DNA from: a virus
Taxonomy: Duplodnaviria > Caudoviricetes
Reading direction: 5' to 3' (one strand)
IMG/VR virus record: IMGVR_UViG_3300042366_000091
Location: 1-36,214 of that record
DNA length: 36,214 nucleotides
A program made the position numbers and the translations under genes. Below are positions 7,195 to 17,024 of the stretch, one piece after another. The notes beneath the pieces are model-generated. The model was given only the letters and a program-made list of their open reading frames with translations. It had not been told where the DNA came from and did no database searches. Position 1 is the first letter of the stretch; every line of letters starts with the position of its first letter.

Positions 7195-7697
7195 TTGATT
7201 GGTGTAGCTTTAGAAAGAAGGTCTGTCTTTGCTTGTGAGCCAGCAGAGGAGCCAAAGTAGTAGGCAATGATGCCAGTCCAGGCTGTGCCTAGCGAGCCTA
7301 GCATCATGGTCAAAGCAGTGTTGTCAGCCACGGACATCTGACCAAACATCATGCCACCAAGGATGGCAAAGAATCCTAGCGTGACAGAGCCTGCGAGCAA
7401 CGGAGGAACCCACGAGCGTGTAACCGCCTGCATCTCTCTAGCACTCTTGCGGTCATCTACTGCCAGCTTCTCAAAGTTCAGGCCAAGCTCCTGCGCCTGC
7501 TTAGCAAGCTCAATCTCTGCAATCTTGATCTGGGCTACTTGATCTGCCGTGAGCTTGTTGCTGGAGATGATGTCAGTTACCTTGTCCTCATCTACACCTA
7601 TGGCTTTGGAAATGGCAGACACAGCCATCCCAGCAAGAGGGCCACCCAGCGCAGTGGCAATCGTTGGTGCGATCTGTTTAAGCCAGTCCATGCTCAC
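7191..7697 (-). CDS. Holin (3TM/GTA-type holin-like)
   Basis: APTIATALGGPLAG, DRKSAR, two TM helices, YYFGSS; next to endolysin. Confidence 0.8.
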   Translation of the reverse strand: MSMDWLKQIAPTIATALGGPLAGMAVSAISKAIGVDEDKVTDIISSNKLTADQVAQIKIAEIELAKQAQELGLNFEKLAVDDRKSAREMQAVTRSWVPPLLAGSVTLGFFAILGGMMFGQMSVADNTALTMMLGSLGTAWTGIIAYYFGSSAGSQAKTDLLSKATPIK

Positions 7698-8149
7698 TCC
7701 TTTTTCGCGGTGACCACATCTTCACCCTTGCGAACAGTGACTTTGTCGCCTTCAACGTCAACGCGCATCGGCTGTTCTGGACGGTCGAGTCGATCTAGCT
7801 TCTCAATCAACTGCTTCATGATTTCAAACTCAGGCTTTTCTTGCTTTGTGCTTGCGCCAGCGATGCCGTTAAGCATTGAGATGAGCGCGGTCAATGCGGC
7901 ACCGAGTAGGCCCATCACAGCAGCGATTTTCTCGTTCTCAAGCACCACACTAGAACCAACGCCGATGACGATAATCAAAGTGATGTAGAAGAGGCCACTT
8001 TCACCAATTGCTTTACCAGCCACCTCTTTGGCTGTGCTTTGCGCTTGCAGCCGATTGAGTTCCACTTTGGCCTGCTCTTTTATGAGCGCCAGTTCGTGGT
8101 TCAAATCTTGATTTGACAACGCGCCTTTAGCAGATTCTTCAGCGGCCAT
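7694..8149 (-). CDS. Two-TM membrane protein in the lysis cassette
   Basis: Two hydrophobic segments; GGGAG SD; coupled to holin. Confidence 0.7.
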   Translation of the reverse strand: MAAEESAKGALSNQDLNHELALIKEQAKVELNRLQAQSTAKEVAGKAIGESGLFYITLIIVIGVGSSVVLENEKIAAVMGLLGAALTALISMLNGIAGASTKQEKPEFEIMKQLIEKLDRLDRPEQPMRVDVEGDKVTVRKGEDVVTAKKE

Positions 8150-8159
8150 CTCGACTCCC

Positions 8160-8501
8160 TTACAGACCCTCTCCAGGCGTCACGTAGATCGTTGCTGTCC
8201 CAGATGCAACAATAGCAGACACATACAGTGTTGCTGTAGATGTTGCTTGGATTGGAACAGTGAAAATGTTCGTCTGGTTGTTGTGAAGGACGAATCCGTA
8301 CGCAGGAGTTCCAGCGGTAGGTATTACAACAGCGTCCGTACTGGCAGTGCCGAAACGAATGAACACTTCAGCCGCAGTGCCATTGTGAATTCGAACTTGG
8401 TTGGCTGGACTGTCTGACAAAACAGCAACCGTGTTGGCAGTGGTTGTTACGTTTATCCGAGTAGATTTACCCATCGGCTGAAAAGCAATGTTATTAGCCA
8501 T
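8160..8501 (-). CDS. Beta-rich putative virion protein, paralog of 17025-17354
   Basis: AFQPMGK...YVTPGEG vs PFTPSGN...YVTPGDG. Confidence 0.75.
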   Translation of the reverse strand: MANNIAFQPMGKSTRINVTTTANTVAVLSDSPANQVRIHNGTAAEVFIRFGTASTDAVVIPTAGTPAYGFVLHNNQTNIFTVPIQATSTATLYVSAIVASGTATIYVTPGEGL

Positions 8502-8716
8502 CAGTACACCTTCTTGCCACCACCAGACGTAGGACTCATCTTACGAGTGAAGTAGTCGTTAGGCTGGTCGTTCTTGAAGTTCCAGACGGCCTGGAACCCA
8601 CCGGCAGGCAACTTGCCCGACTGGTACTCACCAGGGACAGACAGACGGTTCTGGATCAAACCAGTACCGACTTCAGCATCACACTTAACCGTCTTGACCT
8701 TTGGTATGAATTTCAT
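8501..8716 (-). CDS. Hypothetical protein
   Basis: AAGGAG SD; TGATG coupling. Confidence 0.7.
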   Translation of the reverse strand: MKFIPKVKTVKCDAEVGTGLIQNRLSVPGEYQSGKLPAGGFQAVWNFKNDQPNDYFTRKMSPTSGGGKKVY

Positions 8717-8912
8717 TTCTACTCTCCTTTGCTCGGACTACAAGATATGCAAAAAACACATAAATAGCAAGTGTGGAAACTCTTTCCCACTGCGGTCCCC
8801 ACATCACCCAACAAGCCAGCCCACCGCTGCTGAGCAGGGCAAGAATGGTGATGAGTCGGTCTGTGATGACCTCCAGGCCGAGCCTGACAAAGCGCAAGAC
8901 TTGTGCGTCCAT
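8685..8912 (-). CDS. Small two-TM membrane protein
   Basis: GAGGG SD; two hydrophobic segments. Confidence 0.65.
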   Translation of the reverse strand: MDAQVLRFVRLGLEVITDRLITILALLSSGGLACWVMWGPQWERVSTLAIYVFFAYLVVRAKESRNEIHTKGQDG

Positions 8913-8953
8913 GATTAAACCCTCTATGTTGAGATAGCGGAATAATCATATCA

Positions 8954-9163
8954 TCACTTATCCTCATCGTCCTCATCAGTCATGAAGCCAGAACCCCACT
9001 CATCATCAGAAATCTTGGCCTTCAACTGCTCTAGCTTGAGGGCGCGGTCAACGACCTTCATCTTCTCTGTGATGCTGGCAGTGCCGTCATTCATGACTGC
9101 GCTCAGAAGCTGATTTATGTGCTTCTCAAGCTCAGGATTGATGCCTGTCTTCTTCCTGCTCAT
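8954..9163 (-). CDS. Hypothetical protein with acidic tail
   Basis: ATGA coupling with upstream basic ORF. Confidence 0.75.
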   Translation of the reverse strand: MSRKKTGINPELEKHINQLLSAVMNDGTASITEKMKVVDRALKLEQLKAKISDDEWGSGFMTDEDDEDK

Positions 9164-9300
9164 CGCTTAGCCTTACGTTTTGCCTTGCTCGCCACGCTCA
9201 AAGCAATAGCCACCGCCTGCTTCTGTGGACGACCACGCTTCATCTCCCGAGAGATGTTTTTGCTGATGGTCTTTTTAGAGAAACCTTTTTTCAGCGGCAT
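9160..9300 (-). CDS. 46-aa basic protein ([35 protein letters not shown]...); not in ORF track
   Basis: Common phage motif MPLKKG.S..TIS.NI...QAVAIAL; AGGT SD; coupled stop. Confidence 0.85.
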   Translation of the reverse strand: MPLKKGFSKKTISKNISREMKRGRPQKQAVAIALSVASKAKRKAKR

Positions 9301-9311
9301 GGCAACACCTG

Positions 9312-9458
9312 TTAACGACGAGCCTTGCGCTTTTGCTTACGTGCTGGACTGCGGTCCATCTCACGCTGCTTGGCAAGCGCCCGCTGAGCGTCACGGCTAC
9401 CACGCGCTTCGTTCTCACCACCCTTGCGGGTGTCTTTTTCTTCCAAACTGTCTTTCAT
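9312..9458 (-). CDS. 48-aa protein with basic tail (...[11 protein letters not shown]); not in ORF track
   Basis: AAGGAG SD 5 nt before ATG; fills the gap. Confidence 0.75.
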   Translation of the reverse strand: MKDSLEEKDTRKGGENEARGSRDAQRALAKQREMDRSPARKQKRKARR

Positions 9459-9460
9459 GA

Positions 9461-11035
9461 TTACTCCTTTACAGGGACTTGTGCCGCAGCCAATCCTGCA
9501 TACGGCGAAATTTGAGATTGCCGAAGTCTTGCGGCAGTCTCTTGCGGATTTAAGTACGCCTGGGCAACTCGTCTTGCCACAGGAGGTGTTGCGCTGTAAG
9601 TCGCAGCGGCAGCAGGAAGATACGGAACACCAGCAGCCAGCCCACCACCAAACAAGCTAAGACCAGTTCCAGCACGTAGCAAGCCGCCCAAAGTTGTTGC
9701 CTCAGTTTGAGGAATGCGCGGCCTAGTAAAAATCTGGTACTGCTCACCCATCTGGGCAAGTGGAACAAAGTCTCCACCTCTTCCACCCTCTCGCCCATAC
9801 AGGACGTTCATAGGCTCAACATTGGCGTACTGTCTTGCAAACTTGTTGATGTCAACATCAGAGCCACGGCGCAAAGACGGGTCACGAGTAAAAGCATCTT
9901 CAAAAGACTTCAGTGCCGCCCACTTCCTGTCGATGCCTCTAAGAGCGCCGTAGTCTTTTTCTCCAAGGTTTTTCTGAGCAATGTCATCAAATCCTTGCAG
10001 CACGTTTCTGCCGATAAGTTTGGAAGAGCCTTGCAGCCTGCTGACGTAATCAGATATGTCGCTGCGAACCTCTTTCCACAGTTGACCATCAATCTTCTGG
10101 CCGGATACAAGAGACTCTGCAAACTTGCCAACCTTTGCGTTTGCAAGAGCAAAGTTCTTCAACTCCTCGTTGTCAGCAAAAGCCTTAGCGAGCTTGTTGG
10201 CAGACTTGAAGTCAACCGTGAACTCTTTGCCACCCAGAACCGTGTTGTAGTCGTTCTGCAAGTTCGTCTTTGCTGTTTGCATCGCAGAACTTGCGAGAGA
10301 CGGCTCCATTCCACCAAACGCTTTTGCTACAGCCTTGTTTGCAGCCTCTTGGTTCTGCCGTCCAAACCTAACAAACTCTTCTTTCGAGCCAGGAAGAAGC
10401 TGCATTATCCTTTCAATCATCTGAAAAGGACGAGACTCTTTGATTTGGCTAGGAAGAACTCTCATGCCGCTTTCTTGCGCTGTACGCAAAGCAGCCTCTT
10501 TCTCTGGAGTCCTAAGTTCAGGAGGAATGTTGTACATGCGCTTGCCAGCAGCCTCAACCAAAGGCGCAGTAGCCCTTCTTGCAGCAACGGCAGCAGCAGA
10601 CGGAGCCATAGCGCCGCCCATCTCTGCTAGTTGCTGACCTGTTTTGCCAGCGCCTCCTGCCTCTGCCGATTGTCTTGCAACTTCACCAGCGCCACCAGCA
10701 AGACCAGCAGAACCCGTCATGCCAACAAGTTGCCGTAGTGATGTTGGGGTCAGTGCTTCTGCAAGAGCGCGTCCTCCACGAGCAACAGGACCGGCCATCT
10801 GCTGAACAGCTTGCGGCGCTCTTCCTGCAAGTTTTAGCGCACCACCAGCGGCAACACCAACAGGCCCAACCATCGTTGCGGCCTCACCAGCCTTACGCAA
10901 AACTCTGCCAAAACCCGATTCTTCTGGCGTAGTTGCAGCAGGCGCAGAGGTTCCACCAGTAGGAATTTGTGACGCGCCAGAAGGAGCGTCTTCCCATCCA
11001 CCAGACTTTGCAGGAGCATCTTCCCATTGAGCCAT
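9461..11035 (-). CDS. Putative DNA ejection/internal virion protein (P22 DNA-transfer-like), 524 aa
   Basis: Ala/Gly-rich helical; N-terminal WEDAP repeat; after tail genes. Confidence 0.65.
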   Translation of the reverse strand: MAQWEDAPAKSGGWEDAPSGASQIPTGGTSAPAATTPEESGFGRVLRKAGEAATMVGPVGVAAGGALKLAGRAPQAVQQMAGPVARGGRALAEALTPTSLRQLVGMTGSAGLAGGAGEVARQSAEAGGAGKTGQQLAEMGGAMAPSAAAVAARRATAPLVEAAGKRMYNIPPELRTPEKEAALRTAQESGMRVLPSQIKESRPFQMIERIMQLLPGSKEEFVRFGRQNQEAANKAVAKAFGGMEPSLASSAMQTAKTNLQNDYNTVLGGKEFTVDFKSANKLAKAFADNEELKNFALANAKVGKFAESLVSGQKIDGQLWKEVRSDISDYVSRLQGSSKLIGRNVLQGFDDIAQKNLGEKDYGALRGIDRKWAALKSFEDAFTRDPSLRRGSDVDINKFARQYANVEPMNVLYGREGGRGGDFVPLAQMGEQYQIFTRPRIPQTEATTLGGLLRAGTGLSLFGGGLAAGVPYLPAAAATYSATPPVARRVAQAYLNPQETAARLRQSQISPYAGLAAAQVPVKE

Positions 11036-11037
11036 GA

Positions 11038-12495
11038 TTACTGCTTCCTTCTGCGAGCAAACTTGCCTGTTGCTGGGTTAACACCATACTCATACTTATC
11101 TGGCTCGTAAGAGCCAAATGCAGCCCTGGCTTGTGCCTCTGTGTTCGCAGGAGCAGCCTGACCTTGCCTTGCTGCGCCCTGAGCAGGAGCTGACGGAGCA
11201 GAAGCGGCTGCGCCCTGTCCTCCACTATAAGTCTGCTCGAAATCTCTGGGCTTAATTTCTGGAACTCTGTATCCAGCACTCTCTGCCGCAAAAATTTTGT
11301 TGCCTGCTGTAGACCTTACGTAATTGATCTGGTCGTTAAGCATCGTTTCAACAGTGTTTGACGCATCTGTAATCTTTGCCGTAAACGTCTGATAGTTTTT
11401 CAACTCGTTTCCGGTAAGTGTTGCGCCGAACAAGGCATGTCGGTTTGGAGCCTGATACCGAGAGTACCTAGACCACCAGCTAATCATCTCTTGTGCCTGT
11501 TTCCTGCCAAAGCGTCTTTCTAGGTCTTGCTTTAGCTCTGCACCGACACCTCCCAAAAGCGGAGGAAGTCCAGCCTGTGCGTATTCAGGCTTCCAGTCTT
11601 TCTTCAACTTAAGAAGACCGTCTTCTAGAGAAGACAAGCCCTCGATGTCTCTAACTTGCTTGTCAGGAAGAGGTTTCCCATCTCTTCGTTGAGCGGTTGC
11701 TTGAGTGGCTTTTTGAATCGCTCTCTCAAATCTAGTTTCTGCTCTTTCCTCTCTGCGAACAGCGCGTTCTTCTGCCCTTGTCTGCCTGTTCATCCTCTCT
11801 ACTCTGTCTTCTTCTCTATTCTTTTCTGTCCACATCTTGTTAGCGTTGTCATACGCTTGTTTGTGGAACTCGTAAGCAGCAGCAAGGCCATACTTATCTG
11901 CGTATTGCTTATAGAAGTTAGCGCCCGCTTCTGCGTAGGCAAGCTCTGCCTTTTGAATGCCTGCTTGCTTGTCCGTCTTGTACGTTTCTATAGCATCTTT
12001 CAACTGCCTGTCCAACATGTCATAGCGGTTTTTCAACTGCTTGAGGTTGGTGTCGAAGATGTCTTTCTCTCTCTTGTACAAGTCTTGTCTGCCTTGCTGA
12101 TAGCCTTCCAGCATACCGTTCATGGCAGACATAGCGTTGACAGCATTGCGTTTACCGCCTGCTCCCATCGCAAAACCAGCAATGTTTACGAGGGCAAAGA
12201 TGGTTCCCAGCGTCTGAGCGTTGTCACGAGTTGGAATGAATGGCTCAGCCATCTGCGTAGAGACTTGCTCTAGCTGCTTGCGCTGCGGAGCTTTAGCGAC
12301 ATCAGCGGCAAACTTCTCACCGGCTTGCGTCAATCCTCTTTGCTTGGCAAGAGAGCGGTCTGCTTCCATGCTGCGCTCTAGGCCAGCAACTTGACCTCTA
12401 GCTTCAGCCGACCTCTGTAGGTTTTCTTGGAATGGCTGGATGAAACCGGGATACTGCTGCATCCCAGTCATGTCTTTCATTGCTTCTGTTGCCAT
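11038..12495 (-). CDS. Putative ejection/internal virion protein, 485 aa
   Basis: Coiled-coil character, GGAGG SD, position. Confidence 0.6.
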   Translation of the reverse strand: MATEAMKDMTGMQQYPGFIQPFQENLQRSAEARGQVAGLERSMEADRSLAKQRGLTQAGEKFAADVAKAPQRKQLEQVSTQMAEPFIPTRDNAQTLGTIFALVNIAGFAMGAGGKRNAVNAMSAMNGMLEGYQQGRQDLYKREKDIFDTNLKQLKNRYDMLDRQLKDAIETYKTDKQAGIQKAELAYAEAGANFYKQYADKYGLAAAYEFHKQAYDNANKMWTEKNREEDRVERMNRQTRAEERAVRREERAETRFERAIQKATQATAQRRDGKPLPDKQVRDIEGLSSLEDGLLKLKKDWKPEYAQAGLPPLLGGVGAELKQDLERRFGRKQAQEMISWWSRYSRYQAPNRHALFGATLTGNELKNYQTFTAKITDASNTVETMLNDQINYVRSTAGNKIFAAESAGYRVPEIKPRDFEQTYSGGQGAAASAPSAPAQGAARQGQAAPANTEAQARAAFGSYEPDKYEYGVNPATGKFARRRKQ

Positions 12496-13544
12496 TATGG
12501 TCGCCCTCCACCAAGAACAATCATGGGCTGCTGTTGACCGTAAGCAGCACCAACAGTTCGCATGATGTTGTTCATGTAAGAGCTAGTGAGTTGGTTGACA
12601 AACTGGTCAGCCTGCATCCCCTCACGAATAGCACCCAGAGCAATCTGGTCACCTATACCAGAGAGTTTCAAGCCGTAGTCAGACTGACTCTGTAGAAGTT
12701 GCTGACGCAGTGCTTCCATCTGGTTTGCAACTTGTGCTGCGCCAACACCGCCTCTAGCGGTAGCTCCTTGTGCAGCTTGTGCCTGTGCTGCTGCCAGTGA
12801 CTGCTGAGCCTGCGGAGTAAGCTCTCCTCGTGCAGCCTGGGCCTGCAACTGCTCACCCTTCTGACGATAAGGAGCAGCCATAGCCTCCATCTCACGACGA
12901 GCTTGCTGACCCTGACGCTGCGCCCTACCTGCTTGACGATTACCAAGCACAGCCTGTATGCCAGCAAGACCAAGCAGAGGAACGTCCCTAGCCTGAATGC
13001 CAAGCGCATCTGCAACAGTCTTGGAAATGCCGCCTCCAGTTGCTCCTGTTGCTGATGTTGGAGGAACCACATCAGAAGGTCTACTAGCAATAACACTGGG
13101 CGTTGGACCTGCTCCACCACCACGCTGCTGTGGCAAGTTAATTCCCTCAAACAAAAATCTGTTTGAAGGATTTGTCATCAAGTCTGTTAGAGCGGCAGAC
13201 TTGCTGGCGTTTGATTGAAGTCCTTCATACAAACGGTCAAACGGAATTGCGTCTTGAGTCTGGGAAGCAGAAAACTGAGAAGGCGAAAAGTCTGCTTGAT
13301 ATGGCTCCTGAAACTCATTACCCATATCTGCCATGTATGCTTCTGAAAAGTCTGACTCCATCTGGAAAGACGGAATGCCTGTGTCAGCATGGGGCTTGCC
13401 AGAGCCACCACGGGACTTGAGCAGTGCAGCCTCTTGTGGAGAGATGTAGGCAAGCATCTCACCCTTGGGGGCTTTTGCTTGCAACAGGGCTGCAATCTTG
13501 CGAGTGTCGCTACCAAGACGGGTGAGCTTTTTTATTTGAGACAT
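12495..13544 (-). CDS. Putative ejection/pilot protein, 349 aa
   Basis: MLAYISPQEAALLKSRGGSG...TGIPSF motif; Gln/Ala-rich C-terminus. Confidence 0.65.
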   Translation of the reverse strand: MSQIKKLTRLGSDTRKIAALLQAKAPKGEMLAYISPQEAALLKSRGGSGKPHADTGIPSFQMESDFSEAYMADMGNEFQEPYQADFSPSQFSASQTQDAIPFDRLYEGLQSNASKSAALTDLMTNPSNRFLFEGINLPQQRGGGAGPTPSVIASRPSDVVPPTSATGATGGGISKTVADALGIQARDVPLLGLAGIQAVLGNRQAGRAQRQGQQARREMEAMAAPYRQKGEQLQAQAARGELTPQAQQSLAAAQAQAAQGATARGGVGAAQVANQMEALRQQLLQSQSDYGLKLSGIGDQIALGAIREGMQADQFVNQLTSSYMNNIMRTVGAAYGQQQPMIVLGGGRP

Positions 13545-13545
13545 A

Positions 13546-16035
13546 TCACAGTCCTAACGCATCTGTCAGACGCAAAGAAGATTCGTTCCACACATTTCTG
13601 CGGGGCTTGCCGGTCCTCTGCCCCTCAATTTCACCAGCACCACGGTAAGAAGTCAAACCAGAAACAGGCGAAGTCGGGAAAAAAGGAGCCTGCAAAGCCT
13701 GACCCAAAGTCGTAACAGTTGGCCCAAAATCAGGACGCTTACGACCCAGAGATAAGTACGTGTCTCTGATGTACGGAGTCGTGTCAATTCTCGGGAAGCT
13801 GTCCTCTATAGCCTGCTGTTCACCAAGCCCAACTTCAGCCGACGACAACTCTTCCAGAGCCTGCCGGTTTATCGCCTCTTGTTCTCCTAGTCCAACCTCG
13901 GCAGAAGACAAATCTGCCAAAGCATCTAGGTTTGCTTGATCTATCGCTTCTTGCTCTCCTTCTCCCACTTCAGCCGATGACAAGTCTGCTAGAGCGTCAA
14001 GGTTTGCTTGGTCTATTGCCTGCTCTTCTCCTAGACCAACATCAGCAGACGACAAACCTTCTAGAGCTTGATAGTCGATTGCCTCTTGCTCACCCTCTCC
14101 AACAGAGGGCGCAGACAGGCCCAGCAGTGGGTCTTGAGGGATAGGCTCTATGTCTACCGACTCTGGCGTTAATGGCTGTCCAAGAACGTCTAAGGCTGGG
14201 TTGGCAAGCTCTGCAATCTCTGCTTCTGTAGGGATTCCCTCTGCAACACCCTGTTGGATACCAAAGTCTTCTGGAATGGTTTCAACAATGCCCGTCTGTA
14301 CACCCAAGTCTTCAGGGATAGTCTCTGCAATCCCTTCTTGAACCCCAGGAATGATGTCTTCTACAGGTGGAACAACAACTTCTTGTACCGGAGCCAACTC
14401 TGGTTGAGCCTGAGTTATCAAGTTGATAAGCTCTTGGTCTAGAGTTGGAATCGTTTCAGCTATACCCTCCTGTACTCCACCTAATTCTTGAGTAATTTGG
14501 TCGGGTATTGTAATTTCTTGGGTGGATGGCGTGTCAATTTCAGGGATGGTTCCGGCAATGCCGTCCATCAGGCCAACATCGGAAATTTGACCCGTTTCAG
14601 GGGGTGGAGCAGTCGTTATTTCTGCCCCTGGAGGGGGTGAAACAGGCGTTTCTGGGGATACTTGGTCAGCCGTATCCGGTGTAGCAGCACTTTTCTCCTG
14701 CTGTGTCTGAATAATTGCGTTAATAATCGCCTGTGTAGGGTCATCACCTGCCGCTACAGCCCCCGCAGCCTGCCCCAAGTTGGCTCCAAGACCGCCAGCA
14801 CCACCAAGCCCTTGTTCTTGGCCTGCAAGCATCTGGGTTTGCTCTGTAAACGGCGTTGTTCCGTACTCAGCAGCAGTGCCAAGCTCCCTGCCTACAGAAC
14901 CACCAGCACCAGCAAGAGCGCCTGTCAGAGCAGCCTGCCCAACATCACCACCTGTAAGAGCAGCAGACACGGCAGATGAGGCAGAAGATGCAATAGCGTT
15001 AGAAACAACACTCTTAAACGCAGAGTCACCCATCAAGTCGGCAACAGTTGTTCCAACCGTGTTTGCAACTACGGGGGCAACACCGGCAGTGACAGCACCT
15101 TTAATAGCACCATCAAGAAAGTCACCGCCCTGAATTTCAGACAACGTGCCTTGTACGATTGCGCTGCCAATGACAGTCGCAGCCGTACCAGTAGCGCCTA
15201 GCGCCGTCCCTATAGCAGTCCCGATACCAGGAGCGAAGAAGGTAAGGCCCAGCGAAATGATGGGAGCAATTTTTCCCATATCACTCGTACTTGCACCCTC
15301 TTGCGTGTAAAAGTACGGAGTGCCGTCAGGCCCGAACTGAACGCCAAACCCCGTAGAGTTTGCACCCTCAAAAGTGCCGCCCCAAATGTTGCCACCAGCA
15401 CGGGTGTAGTTTGCGTCTATCGCCTGTCCGGTTGTCTTGTTACCGTACTTCCCGTCTGGAAGAACTCCGAACTGCTTGATGTCTGTGATTCCAGCACCCG
15501 ACAGCATGTCGGCCATTGCCAAAGCATTTTTTTCAGGGGTTCCAAACCCCATCCCAGTCCACTTCCCAGAAGTTCCCTGATTAAGTATTTGGTCTGTTAA
15601 CTTATATTTGACTGCAACAGGTTTTATGTTTTCACTTAATTTGTTTAAGTCAAAGTTATTTTCTACCAAATATTTAACTTGTTCTCTTCCAACACCAGTT
15701 GCAAGGGATGTGTCAACCGTGTCAAAGGAAACAAAAACATTTGAAGGTATTGGAATCCCGCGAGCAGCATTGTCATTCATGCTTTGCGTGTTGGGAATGG
15801 AAATGTTTTTTGCAGTCCATTCAACAGGATTGTTTTTTATCTCCAAATAAGTATTTTGCAAATCTTGAATGTTTTGCTGTCTTCTGCGAAACGGGCCGTC
15901 CATAACCGCCCTAAGCTTTCTTTGCAAAAGAAAAGCAGCCCCAGGAACTTCTGTGGTGTCTGCAAAATTAGAAATTTCTGGATACAGGCTTCTCCAGCCT
16001 GCCGGTATTGGGTTTGCTGGTTTTGTTATTGCCAT
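13546..16035 (-). CDS. 829-aa mosaic putative virion protein with Gly/Ala hydrophobic core and acidic repeats
   Basis: Long ORF, GGGAG SD, internal repeats. Confidence 0.75.
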   Translation of the reverse strand: MAITKPANPIPAGWRSLYPEISNFADTTEVPGAAFLLQRKLRAVMDGPFRRRQQNIQDLQNTYLEIKNNPVEWTAKNISIPNTQSMNDNAARGIPIPSNVFVSFDTVDTSLATGVGREQVKYLVENNFDLNKLSENIKPVAVKYKLTDQILNQGTSGKWTGMGFGTPEKNALAMADMLSGAGITDIKQFGVLPDGKYGNKTTGQAIDANYTRAGGNIWGGTFEGANSTGFGVQFGPDGTPYFYTQEGASTSDMGKIAPIISLGLTFFAPGIGTAIGTALGATGTAATVIGSAIVQGTLSEIQGGDFLDGAIKGAVTAGVAPVVANTVGTTVADLMGDSAFKSVVSNAIASSASSAVSAALTGGDVGQAALTGALAGAGGSVGRELGTAAEYGTTPFTEQTQMLAGQEQGLGGAGGLGANLGQAAGAVAAGDDPTQAIINAIIQTQQEKSAATPDTADQVSPETPVSPPPGAEITTAPPPETGQISDVGLMDGIAGTIPEIDTPSTQEITIPDQITQELGGVQEGIAETIPTLDQELINLITQAQPELAPVQEVVVPPVEDIIPGVQEGIAETIPEDLGVQTGIVETIPEDFGIQQGVAEGIPTEAEIAELANPALDVLGQPLTPESVDIEPIPQDPLLGLSAPSVGEGEQEAIDYQALEGLSSADVGLGEEQAIDQANLDALADLSSAEVGEGEQEAIDQANLDALADLSSAEVGLGEQEAINRQALEELSSAEVGLGEQQAIEDSFPRIDTTPYIRDTYLSLGRKRPDFGPTVTTLGQALQAPFFPTSPVSGLTSYRGAGEIEGQRTGKPRRNVWNESSLRLTDALGL
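13810..14115 (-). repeat. Intragenic tandem repeats of ~20-24 aa (LSSAEVGxGEQxAI), about 5 copies
   Basis: Visible in the translation. Confidence 0.85.
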
Positions 16036-16036
16036 G

Positions 16037-16375
16037 TCACACTCCCAAAGCAGCGGCTATCTGTTGATGGATGGTTTGATGCACACCGATCCAATCGTAA
16101 AAATCATCTTCAACATTCCAGTCACTGTCGAGCAACTGGAACGGGTTGTCCAATCCTAGCGTTGATGCCAGAGCCTCATGCTCTTGATTGTGAACAAAAA
16201 GCCAGTCATCAAGGTTAGAGATGTCTGCATCAGTGATTGGGTACTTGGTGATGAGTTGTCCACGGTCAGCCAAGATTTCGTAGAACAGTTGATGCTGCAC
16301 ACCGTTCTCAAACAAGAACTCTTGCAGTCCATCTCTGTCCCCAAAACGGACGTAGGACAACACTTCCATGTTCAC
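16037..16375 (-). CDS. Acidic His-containing hypothetical protein
   Basis: Coupled to upstream stop; repeated DW...H..H pattern. Confidence 0.75.
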   Translation of the reverse strand: MNMEVLSYVRFGDRDGLQEFLFENGVQHQLFYEILADRGQLITKYPITDADISNLDDWLFVHNQEHEALASTLGLDNPFQLLDSDWNVEDDFYDWIGVHQTIHQQIAAALGV

Positions 16376-16605
16376 TTGTCGGCCTTCCCATCTAGCTTGT
16401 CAAAGATGCGCTCGCACATGTATTCAATGCGCTTGACCGCATCACTGAAGTCATCCCTGCGTACAAAGTCGTTGTGCATGGTCTGACTGATGTCACGCAC
16501 GTCTGACTTGAGGTCACGGATAGCATCCCAGATGACCTTGAGCATCCAGCCGCCTAGTGCGCCAGATGCTGCGATAACCATGTTGAACAATTGCTGGTTG
16601 TCCAT
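16372..16605 (-). CDS. TM + coiled-coil protein (VRRDDF motif)
   Basis: N-terminal TM; FVRRDDF...IFDKLDGKADK. Confidence 0.8.
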   Translation of the reverse strand: MDNQQLFNMVIAASGALGGWMLKVIWDAIRDLKSDVRDISQTMHNDFVRRDDFSDAVKRIEYMCERIFDKLDGKADK

Positions 16606-16606
16606 G

Positions 16607-17017
16607 TTAATTACCGTAGTAGGGGATTTTCTTTGTCACACCGGCAATGGTGATGGTTAGGTAGCCTTCTGGCACAAGAGGAAGGCTAGGAGTTGCAAAC
16701 GCGGCGCTGGCGGTAGTTGTGAGGTTTAGAGCGGCAGAGGAGTTGACAGTCAGAGTATTTGTAATGACAGCCGTGAAGTCACCTGTGCTTCCACCGTCTA
16801 CCTTTTGCCAGATAGCTCCATTAAAGACTGCCCAGTCACCTACACCCCACAACGTAGTTCCGTCTAGGTTGGTGTTTCCTGCAACAGAGACAACGTAGTA
16901 GTCGCCTTTAACACCAACTCCAGAAGCAAGAGGAGGGTTGTTCGTGGCTGCGTCCCACGTACCTTTGTAGTTGAGAGCGCCTATGGCGTTAACGATAGAG
17001 CTGACAGTCTTTAGCAT
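16607..17017 (-). CDS. Putative virion/tail-associated protein (YKGTWDA..N.P...GDYYVVS)
   Basis: GAGG SD; motif common in phage tail regions. Confidence 0.8.
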   Translation of the reverse strand: MLKTVSSIVNAIGALNYKGTWDAATNNPPLASGVGVKGDYYVVSVAGNTNLDGTTLWGVGDWAVFNGAIWQKVDGGSTGDFTAVITNTLTVNSSAALNLTTTASAAFATPSLPLVPEGYLTITIAGVTKKIPYYGN

Positions 17018-17024
17018 GACAACC

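Noticed and set aside
9707-10630. Long + strand ORFs opposite structural genes (also 11656-12273, 18669-19256, 23690-24352, 26259-27032)
   Set aside because: Antisense shadows of well-supported - strand genes with no recognisable motifs.
13810-14115. CRISPR-like array
   Set aside because: Degenerate in-frame protein repeats, no unique spacers, no cas genes.
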